From contig JAJEBT010000092.1 of assembly GCA_022822405.1 (NCBI GenBank), positions 8,164-72,163 of the forward strand: a stretch of DNA of 64,000 nt. The letters run 5' to 3'. The notes under the pieces were generated by a model. It saw nothing but the letters and a program-made list of their open reading frames with translations, was not told the origin of the DNA and made no database searches. The DNA is from Alphaproteobacteria bacterium. GTDB lineage: Bacteria; Pseudomonadota; Alphaproteobacteria; MPNO01; UBA830. Shown in pieces: positions 45,312 through 55,413 of this stretch (positions within the stretch are counted from its first letter, which is position 1; every line of letters begins with the position of its first letter). Made by a program: the position numbers and the translations under genes.

Positions 45312-46745
45312 CTAGAGCACCTTGCCCGGATTCATGATTCCCCCGGGATCCAGGGCCGCCTTTATGGCCCGCATTACTTCGAGCGCTACCGGAGACTTGT
45401 AGGCCTTGAGCTCGTCGCGCCGCAACCGTCCGATGCCGTGTTCGGCGCTGATCGAGCCGCCCATGGCGACGGTACGGTCGTAGACCCGCTTGTGGATTTC
45501 AGGCCGGATTGCCAGGAATTCGGCATCCGTCATGCCTTCGGGGGCGCTGAGATTGAAGTGTATGTTGCCGTCGCCGACATGTCCGAAGGCGCAGGGGCGT
45601 ATGTTCGGAACCAGGCTGCTGAGGTCTGCGATCGCGTCGACCAGGAAGTCGGCGACCTTGGAGACTGGGACCGAAATGTCGTGCTTGATACTCGCGCCCT
45701 GGTGCCTCTGGGCCTCGGGAAGGACTTCGCGAATCTTCCAGAAATCTGCTGCCTGCCGTCCGCTTTCGGCAATCACGGCATCGAGAACCAGCCCGGTGGC
45801 AAACCCCTCGGTGAGAATGCCCTCGAGAAGATCGCGGAGGCCGTCCGCCGCCGCCTCGCCGGAGGCGATTTCCATCATCACATAGTGGTCATGACGCCCA
45901 TCCAGGGGGTCGCGGAGATCGTTGAAGTGGCCCAGCACGAAATCAAGGGCCTGACGCGAGATGTACTCGAACGTCACGACGCGGTCATCGGTCGCGCGCC
46001 GCGCTCGCGCCAGGAGTTCGACTGCCGCATGTTCGTCGCGCACGGCGAGAAAGGCGTTCCGGATATCGGCTGGCCGGGGAAAGAGCTTGAGGCAGGCGGC
46101 GGTGATGATGCCGAGCGTGCCCTCGGCCCCGATGAGCAGGTGCTTGAGATCGTATCCCGTGTTGTCCTTGCGCAACGCTGTCAGGCCGTTCCAGATGTCG
46201 CCGTTCGGCATGACAGCCTCAAGCCCGAGGCACAGATCCCGGGCCGGGCCGTAGCGCAAGACGCCGGTGCCGCCGGCATTGGTTGAGAGGTTGCCGCCGA
46301 TCCGTGCGGTGCCTTCGCCGCCAAGGCTGAGAGGAAAAAGACGGTCGGCCGCTTCGGCAGCCTGCTGGACCTCGGCGAGGATTACTCCGGCTTCAACAGT
46401 GATCGCGTAGTTGAGCGGGTCGATCTCACGGATCCGGTTCATGCGAGTGAGCGACAGCAAGATCTCGCCGCCGTGCTCGTGTGGCGTTGCCGCCCCGCAC
46501 AGGCCGGTGTTCCCGCCCTGCGGGACGATTGCGGTGCCGGTCTCGCAGCAGATTTTCACCACCGCCGAAACTTCGTCGACAGTGGCTGGGCGCACGACCA
46601 TGGGGGTGGCGCCTGTATAGTAACCGCGCTCGTCGGTGAGGTACGGCGCCTTGTCGGCGTCAGCGGTCAACACGCCCGCATCGCCTGTGACGGCGCGAAT
46701 GCGTTTCAGGACATCCTGCGGAATCGGCGCGGCAACAGCGGTCAT
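45312..46745 (-). CDS. FAD-binding oxidoreductase (GlcD / D-2-hydroxyacid dehydrogenase family)
   Basis: VVPQGGNTGLCG-type FAD-PCMH motif (IVPQGGNTGLCGAA) and C-terminal AEHGIG...LDPGGIMNPGKVL are present. SD GGTGGAGA lies before ATG 46745. Confidence 0.85.
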   Translation of the reverse strand: MTAVAAPIPQDVLKRIRAVTGDAGVLTADADKAPYLTDERGYYTGATPMVVRPATVDEVSAVVKICCETGTAIVPQGGNTGLCGAATPHEHGGEILLSLTRMNRIREIDPLNYAITVEAGVILAEVQQAAEAADRLFPLSLGGEGTARIGGNLSTNAGGTGVLRYGPARDLCLGLEAVMPNGDIWNGLTALRKDNTGYDLKHLLIGAEGTLGIITAACLKLFPRPADIRNAFLAVRDEHAAVELLARARRATDDRVVTFEYISRQALDFVLGHFNDLRDPLDGRHDHYVMMEIASGEAAADGLRDLLEGILTEGFATGLVLDAVIAESGRQAADFWKIREVLPEAQRHQGASIKHDISVPVSKVADFLVDAIADLSSLVPNIRPCAFGHVGDGNIHFNLSAPEGMTDAEFLAIRPEIHKRVYDRTVAMGGSISAEHGIGRLRRDELKAYKSPVALEVMRAIKAALDPGGIMNPGKVL

Positions 46746-46851
46746 GGGAATCTCCACCCCAAGAATTAGTGCATCCTGCCGCTCCGGGCAACGGCCTGGC
46801 GAGCGGAACCCTGTCGAAAAATGGTGCCGCTCGACTGGATAGGGATGTGCG

Positions 46852-47808
46852 TCAATCCCAGGGACCCGGCCGGCTGGCCCGACGCAGGCGGTCATTGATG
46901 GCCCGACCGAGCCCGTCCTCGGGAATCGCCATGACGGCTATGGCGCTGTGTTCCGGACGGTCGAGCGCACGCAGCATCGCGAAGAGATTGGCGGCGGCCT
47001 CGGTGAGGTCCCCGCCCGCGCTGAGGTTCAGCTCCTCCGATGCTCCGTCGATCTCATGGCGGCCGAATGCCAGCAGGGCCTCGCCGGGAGCGACTGAACG
47101 GGCTTCGAGCCGAACGGGAGAGCGGGGGGCGTAGTGCTGGCGCAACATGCCGGGCGACTGCACCGGCCCGTCGTCGTGTTCGCCGGCAACCTTCACGGGA
47201 CCGGCAATATCGGCAATGGCCTCGAAGGTAATGCCACCCGGCCTGAGGATCACGGGTTGACCGCCGCTGCAGGCTACCACGGTGGATTCGAGTCCGACGG
47301 GACAGGGACCATCATCGACGATCAGGAGCGCGTCGCCGAGCGAATCGGCCACATGCCGTGCCAGGGTCGGGCTCACTTCGCCGGAAGCATTGGCGCTCGG
47401 AGCTGCGATGGGGCATTGCGCTGCGGCAAGGATTGCTCGGGCAGTCTTGTGGGCGGGAACCCTTATGGCAACGGTGTCTAGCCCGGCGCAGGCAAGCAGG
47501 GAAATCTCGCAGTCCCGGCGGCGGGGTACGACGATCGAAAGCGCTCCGGGCCAGAAGGCATCCGCAAGCGCGTACGCCATCCGGTCGAAATCGCCGAGCA
47601 TGGCGGCCTCTTCAAAGCTTCCCACATGAACGATGAGAGGATTGAAGGCTGGCCGCCTCTTGATCTCGAAGATATGCGCAACGGCGGTATCCGAACAGGC
47701 GTTCGCGCCGAGGCCATAGACCGTCTCGGTGGGAAACGCGACGGCAGCGCCGCCGCGGATCAGCCGACCGGCCCGAGTGATGACCTCCGGTGAGGCGGGC
47801 TCGATCAT
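46852..47808 (-). CDS. tsaC: L-threonylcarbamoyladenylate synthase (Sua5/YwlC type, with C-terminal Sua5 domain)
   Basis: FPTETVYGLGA and KRRPAFNPLIVHV are present. ATGA overlap with the upstream cysQ-like stop. Confidence 0.9.
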   Translation of the reverse strand: MIEPASPEVITRAGRLIRGGAAVAFPTETVYGLGANACSDTAVAHIFEIKRRPAFNPLIVHVGSFEEAAMLGDFDRMAYALADAFWPGALSIVVPRRRDCEISLLACAGLDTVAIRVPAHKTARAILAAAQCPIAAPSANASGEVSPTLARHVADSLGDALLIVDDGPCPVGLESTVVACSGGQPVILRPGGITFEAIADIAGPVKVAGEHDDGPVQSPGMLRQHYAPRSPVRLEARSVAPGEALLAFGRHEIDGASEELNLSAGGDLTEAAANLFAMLRALDRPEHSAIAVMAIPEDGLGRAINDRLRRASRPGPWD

Positions 47809-48587
47809 TCCCGGCCGCGGGCGATGAATTCGGGATTGAGCCACCCCGGCTTGCCGTATTCGAGCGGATCTCCGTCCGCTGTCCAGACCGAGCCTCCGGC
47901 GCTGGCGAGCACGGCGTGGCCCGCAGCCGTGTCCCATTCGGAAGTCGGGCCATAACGGGGATAGATGTCCGCCACACCTTCAGCAATCAGGCAGAATTTA
48001 AGGGAGCTGTGGACATATCGATGCTCACGTGCTTGCAGTCCCCGAAGGAGGCCCTCAATTGCCGCCTTGTCGCCGTGGGATTTGCTCGATACGACGACAA
48101 CGCCGGCCTGTTGCGGTCTGCGCACGCCGATCGGGGTCCAGTCGCCGCCGGTTTCCCGTTTCTCCGCTGTCCCTGGCCCGCTGGCCCTGTAGAGGCGGCC
48201 CAATGCAGGAGCGGCGACCACGCCGAGCACTGGCCGGCAAGCGTGGATCAGCGCGATGTTCGTCGTGAATTCACCGCTGCCCTGGATGAAGCCCCGCGTC
48301 CCGTCGATCGGGTCAACAAGCCAGAAAGTTCCGTGGCTGCGCGCGTCGATCGCGCCTTGCGCCACTGTTTCCTCGCCTATTGCGGGTATGTCAGGCGTCA
48401 ACGCCGCGAGTTCGGCAAGGATCAGCTCTTCTGCACGTTCGTCGGCTTCGGTAACCGGCGTTGCATCCTCCTTCTCGCGCACATCGAGACCGGTCTCGTA
48501 GAGTTCGGTAATGAGGATGCCTGCGCGCTCCGCGATTTCCGTTGCGGCCAGCATCAGCGAACGGAAATGCTCCGCGTGAACTCCCAA
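47805..48587 (-). CDS. cysQ: Inositol monophosphatase family protein, probably 3'(2'),5'-bisphosphate nucleotidase CysQ
   Basis: WLVDPIDGTRGF and EWDTAAGHAVL are present. A TTG start immediately after the SDR stop has a GGGAG SD 8 nt upstream. The alternative is ATG 48554. Confidence 0.7.
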   Translation of the reverse strand: MGVHAEHFRSLMLAATEIAERAGILITELYETGLDVREKEDATPVTEADERAEELILAELAALTPDIPAIGEETVAQGAIDARSHGTFWLVDPIDGTRGFIQGSGEFTTNIALIHACRPVLGVVAAPALGRLYRASGPGTAEKRETGGDWTPIGVRRPQQAGVVVVSSKSHGDKAAIEGLLRGLQAREHRYVHSSLKFCLIAEGVADIYPRYGPTSEWDTAAGHAVLASAGGSVWTADGDPLEYGKPGWLNPEFIARGRE

Positions 48588-49436
48588 TCAGTTGGCTCCC
48601 GGCCACACGGCCTGGGTGCCGGCATCCGGCCAGGCTGCCGGAGCGCAAACAGCTCTCGCCGCTTCATCCGGGTCAAGCGAGGCATCCCAGTTGCTTGCGA
48701 CGAAACGGCTGTTCGTTATACCGTCCGAACGGTCGGAAGCGAGCCATACGACGGGGCCGGTCATCACCTCGGGCTGCACCAGCTTGTCGCGGTCGAAAGG
48801 AGCGCTTTCAGGAATGAATCCCGTATTGGTCGGGCCGCCCGGCACCAGGACGTTGACGCTGACGCCGCTGCCCTCAAGGTCCTTCGCCCATGTCGCGGTG
48901 CCGGATTCCAGCGCGGCCTTCGACTGGCCGTAGGGCGAGTAGTTGTGACGGATCATCGTATCGAGGCTCGTCGTGACGTTGATGATGCGGCCCCAGCCCT
49001 GTTCGACCATCGATTCGGCAACGAGCTTGGCCATCATGAACGGCCCTTTGAAGTTGATGTCCATCATCCGTTGCCAGCGGTCGAGATCGGCCAGCCAGAA
49101 TTTGGCCGGTTCGTTCATGTAGTTCTCGTTTATGGTCTGCATGCCGACGCCGGCATTGTTGACCAGGACGTTGACGGGACCGAGTTCCTTTCGGGTGACT
49201 TCGACGACGCGCGCGCAGTCGTCGAAGTCCGTCACGTCGAATGCGATCGGGAGTATGGTTCCGCTGTTTGTCGTCTTGTGCGCTTCGTCGGCGATCTTGT
49301 CGGCCGCATCCCGGTTCACGTCGGCGGCGCAGACGCTGGCACCGTGCGAGGCCAGGGCTAGCGACATCGCGCCACCCATTCCACCGCCGCCACCGGTGAC
49401 GATGGCAACCTTTCCCTCAAGATCGATATTGTGCAT
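48588..49436 (-). CDS. SDR family oxidoreductase
   Basis: TGGGGGMG, NNAG and YGQSKAA (YxxxK) are present. ATG 49436 was chosen because it places the TGGGGGMG cofactor motif at the usual distance from the N-terminus. Confidence 0.85.
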   Translation of the reverse strand: MHNIDLEGKVAIVTGGGGGMGGAMSLALASHGASVCAADVNRDAADKIADEAHKTTNSGTILPIAFDVTDFDDCARVVEVTRKELGPVNVLVNNAGVGMQTINENYMNEPAKFWLADLDRWQRMMDINFKGPFMMAKLVAESMVEQGWGRIINVTTSLDTMIRHNYSPYGQSKAALESGTATWAKDLEGSGVSVNVLVPGGPTNTGFIPESAPFDRDKLVQPEVMTGPVVWLASDRSDGITNSRFVASNWDASLDPDEAARAVCAPAAWPDAGTQAVWPGAN

Positions 49437-49660
49437 GTTTTCCGGCCCCTTTCTTCGGACGAGCATTCTAGTCTTGGGCTCCGCGGGCAGCAACGCCGTC
49501 TCCGGTCGTGCTGGTCCCGATTACGGTGCTGGCAGGTTCGATTCGAACGGGAACAAGCTCCAACGTGCTTTGGTCGGTGCAATAAACGTCCCGAACATGC
49601 GGCATATGATGACGGGTGTCCGGCGGCATATTTTCTGCGGCCTGGATGGTGCTTCGGGCC

Positions 49661-50404
49661 TCAGGCGATAGCCAGGGCAGCGGCGCTGGCAACAAGGAGG
49701 ACGGTGATGAGCCATCTGAAGATGCTTTCCGGCACCGCACGGCCAAGCAGGTATCCGGTCAGTGTTCCCGCGAGCGCCGGAAAAAGCAGTGCTGCACACA
49801 TCGGCGCCGCGCGCTCCGACACGCCGGACATCCCCGCCTGCATGGCCAGGGCGACCGGGTAGGCGAAGAGAAACGTTACAAGCGTCGTTGCTCGGATCGT
49901 TTCCTTGCCGTGCCGGAGGGCGGTAGCGTAGGCGGCAACCGGAGGGCCGGGCATCGCGAGGGTGGCCGTCAGCGCTCCGCTCAGTGCGCCGGTCGCGAGC
50001 CGGCGTACGTCGTTGTCGCGCCGAAAGAGCGGATGACGCTCGAGAAAGCCGGTGGAAATGGCCGCCATGGCCAGCACTGCCGCAGCTGCCCCCCATTTCA
50101 GATTCTGCAACGACACATGTGAATACGTCACCGCGCCGGCGATCGCGCCCAGGCATATGCCAAGAGACAGGGGTTTCAGTAGTGACCAGTCGACTCTTGG
50201 CAGGGTGCTCGGCGAGAGCGCCAGCGCGATCGCGAAGCTCAGGACGATCGTTACCTGAATGGCGGCGGAACTGTCCATGAAGACGAGCAGCGCCGGACCT
50301 GCGATCAGGCCGAAGCCGAGTCCCGTCACGGCCTGCAGAAGCGCTGCCGAGAAGACGATGGCAACAAGAAGCACGGAGACGTCGGGCAAGTCGATCGCCG
50401 GCAT
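49661..50404 (-). CDS. TauE/SafE family sulfite / organosulfonate exporter
   Basis: A polytopic membrane protein with the family N-terminal LLQAVTGLGFGLIAGPAL and an internal repeat (LSGALTATLAMPGPP). Confidence 0.85.
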   Translation of the reverse strand: MPAIDLPDVSVLLVAIVFSAALLQAVTGLGFGLIAGPALLVFMDSSAAIQVTIVLSFAIALALSPSTLPRVDWSLLKPLSLGICLGAIAGAVTYSHVSLQNLKWGAAAAVLAMAAISTGFLERHPLFRRDNDVRRLATGALSGALTATLAMPGPPVAAYATALRHGKETIRATTLVTFLFAYPVALAMQAGMSGVSERAAPMCAALLFPALAGTLTGYLLGRAVPESIFRWLITVLLVASAAALAIA

Positions 50405-50502
50405 CGGGCTACTCTTCCACTCCGCTTACGCCAGCCGGCCGCTGGTACGTACTGAGCCGGACGGGATGCCGTTCTCCGAAAACCGGTCGCCGCAATCCCG
50501 GT

Positions 50503-51927
50503 TCAGGAAAAGACAACCTGGATGTCCGTGTATTCCTGCAAGCCCTCTTCCGCGAATTCGACACCGAAGCCGGAGCGCTTGACGCCGCCGAACGGGGCAT
50601 TGGGCTGGATCATCCCGTGCTTGTTGATCCAGACGGAACCGCACTCCATGCGGCTGGCAATCTTTCTCGCCTTGTCGACATTGCGGCTCCAGACCGAACC
50701 ACCGAGACCGTTCGGGTTGTCGTTCGCCTTGTCGATTGCCTCCTCGACGCGGCGGTAGCGAATTACCGGGAGGACCGGGCCGAACTGTTCCTCGTCGACA
50801 AGGCGGTCTCCGTTGTCAAGATCGGCGATGATCGTTGGCGGGTAGAAATAACCCTTCTCGCCCAGTTTCCTGCGGAGCTTGGCGGGGTTGCCGCCGAGGA
50901 GCACGCGTCCCTTGCGTTTCGCGTTGCGCACCAGCCCGGCAACGATGTCATACTGCCTTTCGTTCTGGACCGGGCCGATCACGACATCTTCGGCACTCCC
51001 CTTGCCGATCTTCATCTTCCGGGCAAAGGCGACAAGTTCGTCGCAGACATCGTCATAGACATCGTCGTGAACATAGAGTCGCTTGAGCGCCGCGCAGGTT
51101 TGGCCACCGTTGATGAAGGCTCCCCAGAACAACCCCTCGGCGATCTCGCCCGGATCGACATCGCCAAGCACGATGCCGGCATCGTTGCCGCCGAGCTCGA
51201 GCGTCAGCCGCTTCATGGTCTCGGCCGCGTTCGCCATGATCTTCTGACCGGTGGCGCATGAGCCGGTGAAAACGATCTTGCCGATGCCCTCGTGCGAAGC
51301 CATAGCCGCGCCCAGCTTGTCCTTGCCGGCAATGCAGTTGACGACCCCTTTCGGCAGAACCTCGTTCATGAGTTCAATCAGGCGCAGCGTCGACAGGGGC
51401 GTAAAGGGCGAGGGCTTGCATATCACGGTGTTGCCCGAAAGCACGGCCGGGATGATGTGCCAGATCGCGATCAGGACGGGAAAGTTCCACGGCGTGATCG
51501 AGCCGACGACGCCGATCGGTTTGCGGTGGAGCTCGACCCTGCCTTCGTTGTTGTCCTGAAGGACCTTGACGGGCAGGGAAAGGCTCGCCGTGTAGCGGGT
51601 CCAGGCTACGGCGCCCCCGATCTCCCAGCGCGAACCGAGGCCGTTCAGGGGCTTGCCCTGTTCCCTGGTGAGTAGCTGGGCGAGTTCCTCTGCGTTCTTC
51701 TCGATCTTCGAAGCGATCTTCATGCAGGCAGCCTGCCTGCGAGCCTCGGGCACGTCGCGCCATTTCTCGAATGCCCTCTCGGCGGCGCCGACGGCGGCGT
51801 CAAGATCTTTCTTCCTTGCGAGCGGCGCAAGCCCGGCAACCTTCTCATCGGCCGGATTGAGAACCTCGAAGCACTTCCCGGTCGGAATTTTCTTGCCGTT
51901 AATGACGAGGCGGAACGGGTCCATCAT
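50503..51927 (-). CDS. NAD(P)-dependent aldehyde dehydrogenase
   Basis: ITPWNFP, LELGGND and the catalytic region NGGQTCAA are present. Confidence 0.9.
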   Translation of the reverse strand: MMDPFRLVINGKKIPTGKCFEVLNPADEKVAGLAPLARKKDLDAAVGAAERAFEKWRDVPEARRQAACMKIASKIEKNAEELAQLLTREQGKPLNGLGSRWEIGGAVAWTRYTASLSLPVKVLQDNNEGRVELHRKPIGVVGSITPWNFPVLIAIWHIIPAVLSGNTVICKPSPFTPLSTLRLIELMNEVLPKGVVNCIAGKDKLGAAMASHEGIGKIVFTGSCATGQKIMANAAETMKRLTLELGGNDAGIVLGDVDPGEIAEGLFWGAFINGGQTCAALKRLYVHDDVYDDVCDELVAFARKMKIGKGSAEDVVIGPVQNERQYDIVAGLVRNAKRKGRVLLGGNPAKLRRKLGEKGYFYPPTIIADLDNGDRLVDEEQFGPVLPVIRYRRVEEAIDKANDNPNGLGGSVWSRNVDKARKIASRMECGSVWINKHGMIQPNAPFGGVKRSGFGVEFAEEGLQEYTDIQVVFS

Positions 51928-51936
51928 CCAACTCCT

Positions 51937-53265
51937 TCAGTTTCTCTTCCGCGGCTCGACTCCGTCGTGCCAGTCGCGGAAGTGGTTCTTATGGGTCTCC
52001 AGATAGGCGCCCGGTTTCATGTGGGCGTCGTAGAAATCGAGATCGAGGTGGTGAGCCTGGATCATCAGCGTCATCTGGATCGCGTCGACCGTCGCGGGAA
52101 ACTTTCCGAACGTATCGAGGATATAACCGCAGATGTCCTTGACGCACTGCACACCCTCGGGCGATGCCTGCATCGTGGCTGCGTCGAATTCCGCGTTCGG
52201 CGCCGTGTGCGGCTTGAGCATGCCCCGCGCCTCCCAGTCATCCATGCTCATCGTTGCGCCCTCGATAGCGGCCTCGACGGCCGAATCCATGTCGGGATAG
52301 TAGGGCGGGCAGAACGCCTCGAAGACGCCGTCGCGACCGACCGGGGCGGGAAACGGGTCGGAGGCCGACTGCACGAAACGAAAACCTAGGCCGCGGCAGG
52401 TCGGCGTCCCGCCCAGCACCACGAGCGAGGAAAAGCCGCCATAGACCCAGCCTCCAAGTCCCGCCGCCTGCATTGCGAGCGCCATCAGCTGTCCCATGAA
52501 CGCGCCTTCGGCGAGCATGCCGTCCGAGAGCATTTTCTCAAGCCGCGACAACGGCATCACCTTGCGTTTCGAAAGGAAGCCGTTGTCCACCCATTTCTGG
52601 TTGCCGCAGGGACGCATGCCGTTGCGGTCGTCGACTATGTAGTAGCCGCCCTCTCGCGCGTAGCGGCCGGCCTTCGAATCGCAGAGGTTGAGGATCAGCT
52701 TGATCATGTCCTTGGTCACGTCGATGACCGGCATGAACAGCGTCGTTCCCTGCTTGTTGGTTACCCACTGGTTGTGCGGCCAGACACCGGGCTCGACACC
52801 CGGAAGGTCCATGCGGCCGTCCTCAAGCTTCTCGACGCAGGTTTCGTAGAAGCCAAGGATTTTGTCGCGGTCGCTGCGGTGTTCGTATTCGCGCATCTTC
52901 GTCATCGCCACCTGATCGGAACGGATGACATAGACACCGTTGTCGTCGGTGAAGAAGAGGCGGGCGCGGTGAGAGCCCATGGCCGACGGGTAGGGCTTGC
53001 CGATCGTCTTGACCATTCCGCCCGGCAGCTCGGTCTCCGCCAATATCGGACCGGTGGTCGCCGTTGCAGCGGCCACGAGCATCGCCGTCTCGAGGCTGTC
53101 AAGCCCCACCGGCTCCTTGTCGGAGCGATGCTGGAACGGGCCGCTCGACATTTCCATGCCGAGGCCGAAGCGCCGGGACCGCCGGCCCATGATCGCGTCG
53201 AACAGCGGATAGTCCCACATCGCCTCGGCATGCGGCGGCAGGCCGCCAGGTTTGCGCTCAACCAT
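51937..53265 (-). CDS. Hypothetical protein with nitroreductase-superfamily-like signatures (about 442 aa)
   Basis: RRSRRFG lies near the N-terminus and QLMALAMQAAGLGGWVYGGFS about 230 residues later. Codon bias is like neighbouring genes. ATG 53265 overlaps the stop of the 80-aa ORF (ATGGTTGA). I recognise no named family. Confidence 0.6.
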   Translation of the reverse strand: MVERKPGGLPPHAEAMWDYPLFDAIMGRRSRRFGLGMEMSSGPFQHRSDKEPVGLDSLETAMLVAAATATTGPILAETELPGGMVKTIGKPYPSAMGSHRARLFFTDDNGVYVIRSDQVAMTKMREYEHRSDRDKILGFYETCVEKLEDGRMDLPGVEPGVWPHNQWVTNKQGTTLFMPVIDVTKDMIKLILNLCDSKAGRYAREGGYYIVDDRNGMRPCGNQKWVDNGFLSKRKVMPLSRLEKMLSDGMLAEGAFMGQLMALAMQAAGLGGWVYGGFSSLVVLGGTPTCRGLGFRFVQSASDPFPAPVGRDGVFEAFCPPYYPDMDSAVEAAIEGATMSMDDWEARGMLKPHTAPNAEFDAATMQASPEGVQCVKDICGYILDTFGKFPATVDAIQMTLMIQAHHLDLDFYDAHMKPGAYLETHKNHFRDWHDGVEPRKRN

Positions 53266-53500
53266 CGGACCCGCCCCGCCGGCGTCCACCGAGCAATGCG
53301 TAGGGCAGGAGTTTCAGGGCATGAATCCAGAAGGACGGGCTGCAGGCGGTCAGTCGCAGGAGCGCCAGCATGTCATCACGATCCATCAGTGTTTCGGCCT
53401 CCCAGACGCCCATCTTTCCAGTCAGGACGACATCGGTTCCCGCGATCCTGAGATCGTCGATATGGAACTCGAACTCGCCGGCGGCTGACGCGATCTTCAT
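53258..53500 (-). CDS. Small hypothetical protein (80 aa)
   Basis: A strong SD (GGGGAGA) lies 4-5 nt before ATG 53500. The ORF fills the gap between the SnoaL-like gene and the 442-aa gene and is translationally coupled to the latter. Confidence 0.45.
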   Translation of the reverse strand: MKIASAAGEFEFHIDDLRIAGTDVVLTGKMGVWEAETLMDRDDMLALLRLTACSPSFWIHALKLLPYALLGGRRRGGSDG

Positions 53501-53522
53501 CCCTGTCTCCCCATCTGCGGTC

Positions 53523-53954
53523 TCATGGAATCATCTTCCAGTACGCGTCCTTGCGTGCGATCAAGCCGTCGCGGATCTTGTAGAGATCCATCCCTCTCGA
53601 TTTCCGCCATTTCCCGTCGGGCCCCATGTAGGAGACGCGGTAGGTCTGGATCACCGTGCGGCCGCGGAAGCGCCAGACGGAACGGCTGAATTTCGGGCCG
53701 TTCGGCATCGCGAACCGGCGCTCCATGGCGGCGATGGCGTTTTCCCGGCCATAGACGATCTCGCCGTTCGGGAGCCGCCATTCGAAGGAGGGCAGGAGGC
53801 ACTCGGCCATCAACTTCATGTCCTGGTTGAGAAAGGCCTCCTCGAACCGGGCAAACAGTTTCCGGTGAGCGAGTTCGGGAATCGCATCGACCGGCGTCGG
53901 ATCCTGGCGGATTTCCTCGATCTGCTGGCCCGATGTGTTTCTGACGATCTTCAT
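53523..53954 (-). CDS. SnoaL-like / NTF2-fold protein
   Basis: The size (143 aa) and pattern F.EAF...D...M...L...F.W..P.G....G......A ... D.Y.I.DG.I are typical of SnoaL-like polyketide-cyclase-fold proteins. Confidence 0.7.
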   Translation of the reverse strand: MKIVRNTSGQQIEEIRQDPTPVDAIPELAHRKLFARFEEAFLNQDMKLMAECLLPSFEWRLPNGEIVYGRENAIAAMERRFAMPNGPKFSRSVWRFRGRTVIQTYRVSYMGPDGKWRKSRGMDLYKIRDGLIARKDAYWKMIP

Positions 53955-54102
53955 CTTGGCCTCGCGAGACAGCGGAAGGGATCAACAGCGCCGCGTCCAC
54001 GCGAGCCGGGCGAAAGCGGCGCGAAGGCCGGGGCGGCCTCCTTTCCGGAGCGCCTGCCTGGCTTCGAGCGTAGTGTCACGGCGCTGTTCCCCCTCTTTCC
54101 GT

Positions 54103-55407
54103 TCACCGTCCGAGGGTCGGCAGGACGGTGACGATCTCGGGCACCGCGACCACGAGCGCAATGAGCGCAAGCAGTGCGGCGCAGAACGGCAGAACGCCCA
54201 TGAACACCTGGGCGAGCGGGATGTCGGCGGCGAGGCCGCGGATCACGAAGACATTGATGCCCATTGGCGGCGTTATCAGCGCGAGCTCGACGGCAATGAC
54301 AACGATGATGCCGAACCAGACCGCGTCGAGACCCATGGAGGAGACGATGGGGAAGAAGATGGGTATCGAAAGGATGATCATCGCCATCGTGTCGAGGAAG
54401 GCGCCGAGAAGAATGTAGATGCCGATGATCAACACCACCGTCATCAGGGGCGAGAGATCGAGGCCGACGATCCAGCCGCCGAGCAGAGCCGGCGTGCCGC
54501 TGAGCGACAGGAAGCCCGAAAACAGGATGGCGCCGATCAGGATCAGGAAGATCATGGACGTCGTCTGAACCGTGTCCATCAGGCACTCGAGGATTTCGGC
54601 AATGCCGAGCCGGCGCATCGCGGCGCCGATCGCCAGCGCCCCGACGGCGCCAATGCCCGCAGCTTCGGTGGGGGTGAATATCCCGGCATAGATTCCGCCG
54701 ATCACGAGAACGAAGAGCGCCAGCGTGGGCCAGATTTTGCGCAGAATGGCGGGATCGGAGACGGCAGCGGCTTCGCTGGACAATTGCGGAGCGCTCGACG
54801 GATCGATCCGGACGATCGCCAGAACCGCGATCATGAAGAACAGCGTGAGAAGGATTCCCGGTATCACGCCGGCGATGAACAGGTCGCCGATGCTGGTCTC
54901 GGTGAGGAGGCCGTAGATCAGCATGATCACGCTGGGTGGAATAAGGATGCCGATGGTCCCGCCGGCAGCTATCGCCCCGGTGGCAAGCCTGTCACCGTAT
55001 CCGAAACGGCGCATTTCGGGCAACGCCACGCGGCCCATCGTTGCCGCCGTGGCGAGTGAGGACCCGCACACCGCGCCGAAGGCGGCGCAGGCCGCTATGC
55101 TGGCCTGGGCAAGGCCCCCGCGGCTGCGCCGGAGCCAGACATTGAAGGCCGCGTAGAGATCGGAACTGATCCCGGACCTTGCGGCAAAGTCCCCCATCAG
55201 CACGAAAAGGGGGATGACGGCGAGATCGAAGCTCTGGGCGGATTCAAAGACCGATATTCCGGCAAGCGAGAGCGCGGCGTCGGGCCCGACGATCATGGCG
55301 GTGCCGAACATCGCCGCCCCGGACATTGCGAGCCCGAGATGCGCGCCGAGAAACAATGCACCGAACAGGAGTGCGAAAACGAGCGGCACCAGAACGCCGG
55401 TTTCCAT
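54103..55407 (-). CDS. dctM: TRAP transporter large permease
   Basis: A 434-aa polytopic protein with the typical DctM start and FVLMGDFAARSGISSDLY. Confidence 0.9.
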   Translation of the reverse strand: METGVLVPLVFALLFGALFLGAHLGLAMSGAAMFGTAMIVGPDAALSLAGISVFESAQSFDLAVIPLFVLMGDFAARSGISSDLYAAFNVWLRRSRGGLAQASIAACAAFGAVCGSSLATAATMGRVALPEMRRFGYGDRLATGAIAAGGTIGILIPPSVIMLIYGLLTETSIGDLFIAGVIPGILLTLFFMIAVLAIVRIDPSSAPQLSSEAAAVSDPAILRKIWPTLALFVLVIGGIYAGIFTPTEAAGIGAVGALAIGAAMRRLGIAEILECLMDTVQTTSMIFLILIGAILFSGFLSLSGTPALLGGWIVGLDLSPLMTVVLIIGIYILLGAFLDTMAMIILSIPIFFPIVSSMGLDAVWFGIIVVIAVELALITPPMGINVFVIRGLAADIPLAQVFMGVLPFCAALLALIALVVAVPEIVTVLPTLGR

Positions 55408-55413
55408 GCTTCT

